From assembly GCA_000165345.1 (NCBI GenBank), contig CM000434.1, positions 992,001-1,056,000 on the forward strand: a DNA stretch of 64,000 nucleotides, given 5' to 3'. Below are positions 53,696 to 61,013 of this stretch, in pieces. Position 1 is the stretch's first letter; each line of letters starts with the position of its first letter. The position numbers were made by a program, and so were the translations under genes. The notes under the pieces were generated by a model that ran no database searches, had not been told where the DNA came from, and saw only the letters and a program-made list of their open reading frames with translations.

Positions 53696-56668
53696 ATGGA
53701 AGATGAATCAGAATTTCAAGAAACTCATAAGAGTAGTTTAGAGTCGGAATTAAGATGGTATAAGGAGAATTTTGAACAAATAAAAAACGATTTACTCTCT
53801 AAATTGAATAAAGGCAGAAGTTCTAACTCAGAAATATCATGTGTGCTGCAAAATGAAACAAACAATATCGGTAAAATCTTTTTCGGAAAACCTATCAGAG
53901 ACTTTTCCTCGTTTTCCAATGTAATTCGAAATGTTTCAAAAAAAATTACCTTCAATAGTGATAGCCATGCATGCACACACCCGCATGCAAACACCGGTAT
54001 TGAAAATACATACGTGGCAGAGATTTCGGATAATCATGTGGACAACATAATTAGTAATCACAAAAAAGTTGAAGAGTTGTGTAAGGAAGAGAATGAAGAT
54101 GAAGTTATAGAATTGAAAGTATTGGGATGTGGAGGAAGGGAAGTAGAGGAGATTGTATCAAGCTCATCTTCTAGCAAGGAGAATTTATATACAATTTTGA
54201 ATATCCTGCCAAATTCTGACTTTTCAACGGTTAAAACAAAGTCCAGAAAGAATACAACAAAGAAAAGCTCTTCAAACGAGAAAAAGTTATTGAATTGCAG
54301 GAGAAAAGTTCAGGTCAATGAGAAGGACCAAGATTGGGAAAGGGAAGATTTTGAATGGTCAGAGGATATGAAAAGAATCAATGAGCAAGTTTTTGGCAAT
54401 GAATCATTTAGGTCAAATCAAAGACAGATAATGAATGCAGTGGTTTCTCAAAGGGACGTTTTTGTTATGATGCCAACAGGAGGAGGAAAGTCACTTTGTT
54501 TCCAGCTTCCTGGCCTTTTAAAATATAACAACCCTGCAAGTGTGACGGTGGTTATCATGCCCTTAGTTGCACTTATGGTTGACCAAATTGAACAGTTGAA
54601 TATACTCGGCATTAAATGTGCAAGTTTGAATAGTAATCAGTCTGCAGATGAGTTGAATCATATTACATCCTTACTGAAGAAGGGAGATCCTGAAACATGT
54701 CCTGCCTTTCTATTTGTAACTCCCGAAAAGCTTAAGCATTCAAAGACTTTGTTTTCACTACTAAAGCAAATTAATGATGAATCAAGATTATTAAGATTTG
54801 CAATTGATGAGGCTCATTGTGTTTGTCAATGGGGATTTGACTTTAGACCTGACTATATTCAACTTTGTAAACTCAGAGAAGAGTTCCCAAATGTCCCGAT
54901 AATAGCATTAACTGCCACTGCCACTCATAGTATTTTGAGTGATGTAATTAAACAACTAAAGATGCGATCTCCTGCTATCTTTAGTCTTTCTTTTGACAGA
55001 CCAAATCTAAAATATGAGGTAAGAGCTAAAAGTGGAAGTAAAAAAAAGATGCTCAATGAGATCTGTGAGCTGCTTAGATCTCCACGGTTTTGTAGATCAA
55101 CAAGTATTATCTACTGTTTGAGCAGAAATGAGTGCGAAGAAGTCTCCAAAGATTTGAACAAGGAAGGAATTTCTGCAACATATTACCATGGATCCATGAA
55201 AGAAGATAAGCGGAATCTGGCACAAAGAAGATGGATGAATGACGAAAAGCAGGTCATGGTAGCAACCATAGCATTTGGAATGGGAATCAATAAAAAAGAT
55301 GTTAGACTTGTGATTCATCTATCCATGCCAAAATCCCTTGAAAACTATTACCAAGAAAGTGGTAGAGCTGGAAGAGATGGACTAGAGTCTAAATGTATAT
55401 TATATTACTCTTACAAAGATGTCTCTAGATTACAAACTTTAGCAGGAGTTAACATTGAAAAACCTTCCAAAAAGTATTATACCTCCAAGAATAACTCTTC
55501 AAATAACAAATCCACAATTGATGGACTTTTAGGTATGGTGAAATATTGTGAAGAACAATATAAATGCAGAAGAACAATGATTCTAAGCCATTTTGGAGAG
55601 GATTTTAAAGGAAAATGTAAGGTTAAATGCGATAATTGTATGAGATCTGAATTAGAAAAGCCGACTAACATTAATGTGGAAGGTCTTGCTCGTCAAGTCT
55701 TTCACTCAGTAAGAATGAGCCTTCAAGAACAGGCAAGAGCTACAAAAACCTATGGATTTTTAACTTTATCTAGCTTAGCAGAAATCTTAAAAGGAAAGAA
55801 AAAGAAAGATAAGCAATCAAAAGGCTCCCTTAAAGACTGTATTGGTCTTCTTAATGATACAAATATTTGGAAGCCAGGAAATCTGCAAAGATTCCTGCAT
55901 TTGTTTATTATTAATCAGCTTTTTTCTGAGAATTTGGTTCAACTCAAAAATGGAGTATCAGTTGCTTCTCTTAAAATTGATAAACAAGCAGAAAAACAAG
56001 ATATCTATGAACTCGACTTTTCTTGTTTCAAAGCCTTACAGTTAGAGTCCATCTACTCTACTCCAATTCCAGAATCAAATAATGTTAATTTGGGCCATAA
56101 TATTAACTCATCTCTTTCCTTGTATTCTTTTAACTCAAAACAATCTTCTTCAGATATTAATTTTGCTAATAATGGCTTAATATCTAACTCTAACAACATA
56201 GAGAACTTGAATCACGATAAGAATCTCAAGGAATCCAGAAGAAAAAGACAATTCATTGATAAAGGATCTCCCCATTCAATAGTTAAGAAGAAGCAGGCAA
56301 ATTTGATGTATCAAGAATCTAACAGTGAAAATGAACAGCTTAAAGATTTTAGAAATCAATTACTTTTACTAAGAAGAAACTTAGCTGCAGAGTTTGGAAT
56401 CTCTAATACCAACTCTATTGCATCAAAGGAAGCTATTGATGCTCTTGTTGAGAATCTCCCGCTTTCATTAGATGCTCTTAAAACACTTCCTGGATGGGGC
56501 GCAAGGCAAAAACTTGAAAGATTTGGTCTCAGATTCATCTCAAAGGTCAGAGATTTTGTTGATTCCAAGTCAACCAATATGTTTTATACCGAAAAGAATT
56601 ATACTTGTCCAATTGACCTTATTAATCCTGAAGATCTGGACAAAGAACTAGATCTTATTTGGCAATAA
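53696..56668 (+). CDS. RecQ-family ATP-dependent DNA helicase
   Basis: 990 aa. Helicase core (MPTGGGKSLCFQLPG, DEAHCVCQWGFDFRPDY, RQ-C zinc region), C-terminal HRDC-like domain. Non-conserved 220-aa N-terminal extension. Alternative in-frame ATG at 54368. Confidence 0.9.
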   Translation: MEDESEFQETHKSSLESELRWYKENFEQIKNDLLSKLNKGRSSNSEISCVLQNETNNIGKIFFGKPIRDFSSFSNVIRNVSKKITFNSDSHACTHPHANTGIENTYVAEISDNHVDNIISNHKKVEELCKEENEDEVIELKVLGCGGREVEEIVSSSSSSKENLYTILNILPNSDFSTVKTKSRKNTTKKSSSNEKKLLNCRRKVQVNEKDQDWEREDFEWSEDMKRINEQVFGNESFRSNQRQIMNAVVSQRDVFVMMPTGGGKSLCFQLPGLLKYNNPASVTVVIMPLVALMVDQIEQLNILGIKCASLNSNQSADELNHITSLLKKGDPETCPAFLFVTPEKLKHSKTLFSLLKQINDESRLLRFAIDEAHCVCQWGFDFRPDYIQLCKLREEFPNVPIIALTATATHSILSDVIKQLKMRSPAIFSLSFDRPNLKYEVRAKSGSKKKMLNEICELLRSPRFCRSTSIIYCLSRNECEEVSKDLNKEGISATYYHGSMKEDKRNLAQRRWMNDEKQVMVATIAFGMGINKKDVRLVIHLSMPKSLENYYQESGRAGRDGLESKCILYYSYKDVSRLQTLAGVNIEKPSKKYYTSKNNSSNNKSTIDGLLGMVKYCEEQYKCRRTMILSHFGEDFKGKCKVKCDNCMRSELEKPTNINVEGLARQVFHSVRMSLQEQARATKTYGFLTLSSLAEILKGKKKKDKQSKGSLKDCIGLLNDTNIWKPGNLQRFLHLFIINQLFSENLVQLKNGVSVASLKIDKQAEKQDIYELDFSCFKALQLESIYSTPIPESNNVNLGHNINSSLSLYSFNSKQSSSDINFANNGLISNSNNIENLNHDKNLKESRRKRQFIDKGSPHSIVKKKQANLMYQESNSENEQLKDFRNQLLLLRRNLAAEFGISNTNSIASKEAIDALVENLPLSLDALKTLPGWGARQKLERFGLRFISKVRDFVDSKSTNMFYTEKNYTCPIDLINPEDLDKELDLIWQ

Positions 56669-56947
56669 CTTATCATAGTTATCTCTAATTTGCTTAATTA
56701 AACTATTTTTCTTATAAGTCTCTTTAACCAGATAATCATAATATTTATTCTTTACTAGAATCCATTTAATGTTATTAATATGGCAATTTGGCGGGAATTT
56801 TATGCAATTCTTATTTGTTGTGCATGGCCTCGTTTGGCGCCCAGTCTGTGTATAAATGAGGTATAATGTTCAACTTGTATTTTAATAGAAGTTGTTGGTT
56901 CAAATTTGTAGATCCAAAGTTCGTTATGATCTTATTGCATTTCCAAG

Positions 56948-57952
56948 CTAGGGATCAATGGGTTGTTTATTCAACAAGATTCCATTGAAAGATACACATA
57001 GTTTGTTGACGGATTGTCCATGTTCTAAAAAGCTGGTATTTTGTGTTTTAGATCTACTATGATATTTTGGAGCTGGAGAGAACTCTACTAAAGGGTAATT
57101 CTCAAGCTTTTTTCCTCTGAATGAAATGGTTTCTATTGATCTTCGATGTCTAAAATTGTATTTATCTTTAGTCTCAAGCTCTATTCGATCTTTATTTTTG
57201 TTAACTAAATTAGTCTCCTCTTCACTATTGGAGGAATTCTCATCATTAGAAACTTCTAAGCAGCTTGAATCAGAAGTGCAAAGATCAGTGTTTGATTCTG
57301 AGCTTATTAATAAAATTGGCTCTTCGTTCACTTGAGTATATTTACAAACATTAATTTCTTCTTGGATATTATTCGAGAAATAATGTTTAATTTTTGTCTT
57401 GAGATTATTTGCTGAGCTGTTCAGTGAATCTATTTTGTTTAATAAATCTAATTTATCTTTTTGAGAAGGCTTTTCTTTCTTTGAGATTGATATTTCCTTC
57501 AAAATATTATTTGTTTTTTTAACAAGATTGGAGTCACTTTTTCCTTCGAAAAGTTTACAACTAATCCTAAAATGAGTACAATTCTTGAAAATATAGTTTA
57601 ATTTCCTTAGTTCAAGTGTATGAAAGTGGACATCCTCCAACTCACAATCATTCTTAAGACTTATGAAAGCAAGAAACATCTTTGAGTAAGAAAGCACTAA
57701 AAATTTGTAATAAGCATCAAGTTTGTTCATGTTTGTAATTCTTTGTATTTCACTACTCATTGTTATTTTATAAGCATTGGATTCATTTCTCAAGCTAATT
57801 TCCCTGAATATATTTCCAAGTTTATTTTCAATCCTTTCACTGCATTTTTGTGAGCTTTCTGTGACTTTTCTTTCCTTATTATTTTTGAGCTTTTGTAAAA
57901 CTAAATTGTTATGTTTATAGCCATCAAAAGCTATTTTGTCAGAAATCTCCAT
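56948..57952 (-). CDS. hypothetical protein, 334 aa, Lys/Asn/Ser-rich, no recognisable domain
   Basis: 1-kb uninterrupted ORF on minus strand in 70% AT DNA. No homology recognised. Confidence 0.5.
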   Translation of the reverse strand: MEISDKIAFDGYKHNNLVLQKLKNNKERKVTESSQKCSERIENKLGNIFREISLRNESNAYKITMSSEIQRITNMNKLDAYYKFLVLSYSKMFLAFISLKNDCELEDVHFHTLELRKLNYIFKNCTHFRISCKLFEGKSDSNLVKKTNNILKEISISKKEKPSQKDKLDLLNKIDSLNSSANNLKTKIKHYFSNNIQEEINVCKYTQVNEEPILLISSESNTDLCTSDSSCLEVSNDENSSNSEEETNLVNKNKDRIELETKDKYNFRHRRSIETISFRGKKLENYPLVEFSPAPKYHSRSKTQNTSFLEHGQSVNKLCVSFNGILLNKQPIDP

Positions 57953-58024
57953 GTTTTTACTTTGTTCCTTCCTTTCACTCTAAATTAATCCTTGAATTTT
58001 AAAATTTATATGTATAAACAAAAA

Positions 58025-58065
58025 TATATGAATATATATATTAACCCAATATATATATTCATATA
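58025..58065. repeat. perfect 18-bp inverted repeat (tatatgaatatatatatt / aatatatatattcatata) with 5-bp spacer aaccc
   Basis: Arms are exact reverse complements. Lies 72 bp upstream of minus-strand ATG 57952 in a 1-kb divergent spacer. Confidence 0.9.
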
Positions 58066-58964
58066 AATATATATATTGGATTAATATGTAAGTTTATTAA
58101 AAAACATTATTTTTTGAGAAAGCCAGAATGAATTCTAGAGCTTTTCAATTGAAGAAAGAAAGCGAAATGTATACAATTTGAATATTTTGACAAATTTTAA
58201 TCTTCATGTAAGTTTTAATTAATTTACCGGTACTTTTGCCTTGTCATTAATATGTGCACCCGAGTGTGCACACAGCATTGCCTCGATGTGATTTCAAAAG
58301 AATTATTAAAAATAATAATTGAGTGAAAATCTGGCAAATTTAAGACATGTCTACACAAATATTTTGAGTAATCTTTTCTTTTCCCGTCAAATGCTTAATT
58401 TCATATTCATCAACCATTTTCTTTCACCCAAATATGTAATCCTATGTGGGCAATATTAAATTAATTTAATAGAATTTTTCGTATTCAACAAGTAATGAAC
58501 TTTTTAAGACTAAATTAAGTTTTGATATTATTTCTATCGCAAATACCTAAATAAATATTTACTAGCTTACTCTACAATTCGACTTTAGTTGTTTTATCTC
58601 CTATCTTTTTCTCCACCCCAATTTTTTTTTTTATTTAATTGTTGACATTTACCGGTACATGCAATTTTGCTTGCATGAAATTCATGTGGATAATGCATGA
58701 ATTTAGAAAAAAAATATTCAATACCGGTGAAGGATTTAATGTGGATGCATGCAATAATGTTATTATGGGACTAAGTAGAGGAAATTTTCGTCAAATAATG
58801 AATGAGAAAAAAAATAAGTAGAAAGTGGAAAAGGAAAATAGGAATAATTATTGTTAATTTTGTATATTAGTGTAGAAAATAATATACATATATGTAAAAG
58901 AGAACAAAAAGAGTTAGGTTTTTTTTAAGAGTTTAACCATAGTTGTTGATTTTTATTAAAAAAT

Positions 58965-60242
58965 TTGAATAAGATTATTAAAGAAGAGCCAATGTCTGAA
59001 AAGAATATTATACCATTTCAGGAGGAAGAGACGAATAATGAAAAAAAGTTGGGAGTTTATGAAAAACAGGATTTGAGTGAAAGGAGGAAAGAGCTTTGGA
59101 TAATTTCAAAAAGTCTTGGGGCAATTACATTGGTATCTGCAGTAATGAATCTGGTTTTGGTTGGGATAATGATATTTATGGTAAACAGCCTAATTAAAGG
59201 CATAATATCAGAACATTCCAGGCAAATAGCAATTCAAAAGGGGATGTTATCAAACTTTATTGAAAGGAATTCAAGAATAGAAAAAAGTGTTCATAATGAA
59301 AGGATGAATTTTAACGATCATTGGAGGAAAGGAGCTGGAATACTTCCATTAAATATGCTTTACAATGCGCCATTAAAAAGTCTAGAGAATGTAGATGCTA
59401 TCATACTAGAGTTTGATGAACCAGAACAAATCGAATCTGGAAATCAAGAGAAAAAAATTAAAGGAAAAAGGCACCAGCATATGTATCATGTTGAATCCAT
59501 TACAAGAGAAGTTTCAGTAGAAGAGATGGAAGGAGGAAAACATAAAAAAAAAGAGGAAGCTGTATTAAAGTTTAACTTAACCAATCAAGGTACACTCACT
59601 GTTTATAAGGATAAAGCTATTTTAAGAGATAGGTTAGGAAACAAAGTGCATGAACTTTTCTTTGAATCAGAAAATCAAACTCATGAATATCAAAGCAAAG
59701 AAGCGGAAAAATTGCTCAGATCCGACTCAAAAGACGAGGAAAATGAAAAACAAGGTCACATACAACCTAATAATAGAAAGCTTATATCTTCCAATTCACA
59801 CAAGCACTCAGCATCCCATTCTTTGAAAACTCAAAGTGGTTATATGGCAGCTGTATGTAAATATGGATGCGGAGAAATGGGAGTAACCTACCCCTATTAC
59901 TATCGCCCCTTCTTTGGATATGGATTTCCTTTACTAGGTACTGAACCGTATTTCCAAAGTGGATATGGAGGTAATGTTGAAACTGCCATGAATAATAATA
60001 TGTTCAACCCTGAATCAGCTGGTCCTCGTCCTCCAGGAGTACAAGCAACTCCACAAACTTCACCATTTGCAATGGGCGAAAATCCATATAGCTATCCATA
60101 CTCATCTAGCCCAGGAGGAGGATACTATTATTACTATAACTTCTACCCTCCACCTCCCCCAATGCAACCAGAACCGTTCCCATATTACGAAGAAAGCTAT
60201 TACAATATTCCCCAAAATAACACAGAAGAAGAAGAAGAATAA
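58965..60242 (+). CDS. type II single-pass membrane protein with Tyr/Pro/Gly-rich C-terminus
   Basis: 425 aa. One TM helix (AITLVSAVMNLVLVGIMIFMV) near the N-terminus. C-terminal 120 aa extremely rich in Tyr/Pro/Gly (YPYYYRPFFGYGFP…GGGYYYYYNFYPPPPPMQPEPFPYY), acidic tail. Confidence 0.6.
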   Translation: MNKIIKEEPMSEKNIIPFQEEETNNEKKLGVYEKQDLSERRKELWIISKSLGAITLVSAVMNLVLVGIMIFMVNSLIKGIISEHSRQIAIQKGMLSNFIERNSRIEKSVHNERMNFNDHWRKGAGILPLNMLYNAPLKSLENVDAIILEFDEPEQIESGNQEKKIKGKRHQHMYHVESITREVSVEEMEGGKHKKKEEAVLKFNLTNQGTLTVYKDKAILRDRLGNKVHELFFESENQTHEYQSKEAEKLLRSDSKDEENEKQGHIQPNNRKLISSNSHKHSASHSLKTQSGYMAAVCKYGCGEMGVTYPYYYRPFFGYGFPLLGTEPYFQSGYGGNVETAMNNNMFNPESAGPRPPGVQATPQTSPFAMGENPYSYPYSSSPGGGYYYYYNFYPPPPPMQPEPFPYYEESYYNIPQNNTEEEEE

Positions 60243-60387
60243 TCCCCTCCTTCTCCCCACATATCCTCTATCAAGTCTTTATCTAAGCAGAATAATAATA
60301 AATTCTCTCTGTAAAACGATTGCCGCCAATACTATGACTACCCATTTTGCATGTACCAGTCATTTGTTAACTTTGACGTGTTTATTA

Positions 60388-60401
60388 TTGGCGCCAAATT
60401 T
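60388..60401. promoter_or_regulatory. E2F palindrome ttggcgccaaattt 54 bp upstream of small Tim ATG
   Basis: TGGCGCCA core. Supports reality of the 95-aa gene. Confidence 0.55.
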
Positions 60402-60454
60402 CTAAGGTTAAAAAAGAAATCGAGGGAATAAAGTTGAAAAGAAAAGGACTAATC

Positions 60455-60742
60455 ATGGAGGGAGAAAAGGAGAACAGTTCTATTCAGGCTATTGAAAAAC
60501 TTCAACTACTGCAAAGAGTTGTAGAATCACAGAAGATGATGGCAAAGTTGACTTCTAGGTGTTATAAGAAGTGTGTTGTGGGAGGATCAGGAGGTGGAGG
60601 AAAGAGTCTAACGAGGAAAGAGAAACTTTGTTTGTGGAACTGTGCCCAGAACTTTCTTGAGAGTTCGGAATTCGTTGCTTCAAGAATCACGATGGTGGAA
60701 GATACGTCTTTATCCAATCAAAAGGACTCGGAGAAGTCTTAA
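60455..60742 (+). CDS. small Tim (Tim8/Tim13 family) mitochondrial/mitosomal intermembrane-space chaperone
   Basis: 95 aa from first ATG (the ORF track starts at an in-frame TTG at 60434). Twin CX3C motifs (CYKKC … 18 aa … CLWNC) with the family-typical GG…L…E.C spacing. E2F palindrome ttggcgccaaattt at 60388-60401 immediately upstream. Confidence 0.65.
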   Translation: MEGEKENSSIQAIEKLQLLQRVVESQKMMAKLTSRCYKKCVVGGSGGGGKSLTRKEKLCLWNCAQNFLESSEFVASRITMVEDTSLSNQKDSEKS

Positions 60743-61013
60743 AGCTAAATAACAAAAAAGCCCAAAAATAGAAATTATCTCAAATCTAATACTTTAATAA
60801 TATAAATAACCTCTTACTACGATTAAATTATTGAACAACCACTTAATAATGTTTGAAAAAAAAGAAAAGCCGAGAGATATGTTCAACAAATTGGTTCGAA
60901 TCTATCACTATGTATCATATTGGTACTTCAACTTAGAGATTACTTATATTCGAGTTATCAAATTCAAATCAAAACAACGGATTCATCAATCGCAGCTCCC
61001 AATATTAAATTAA

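Noticed and set aside
60434-60454. ORF-track start of the small Tim ORF at 60434
   Set aside because: Position 60434 is TTG, a bacterial-style alternative start. In a eukaryote the first ATG (60455) is the likely initiator.
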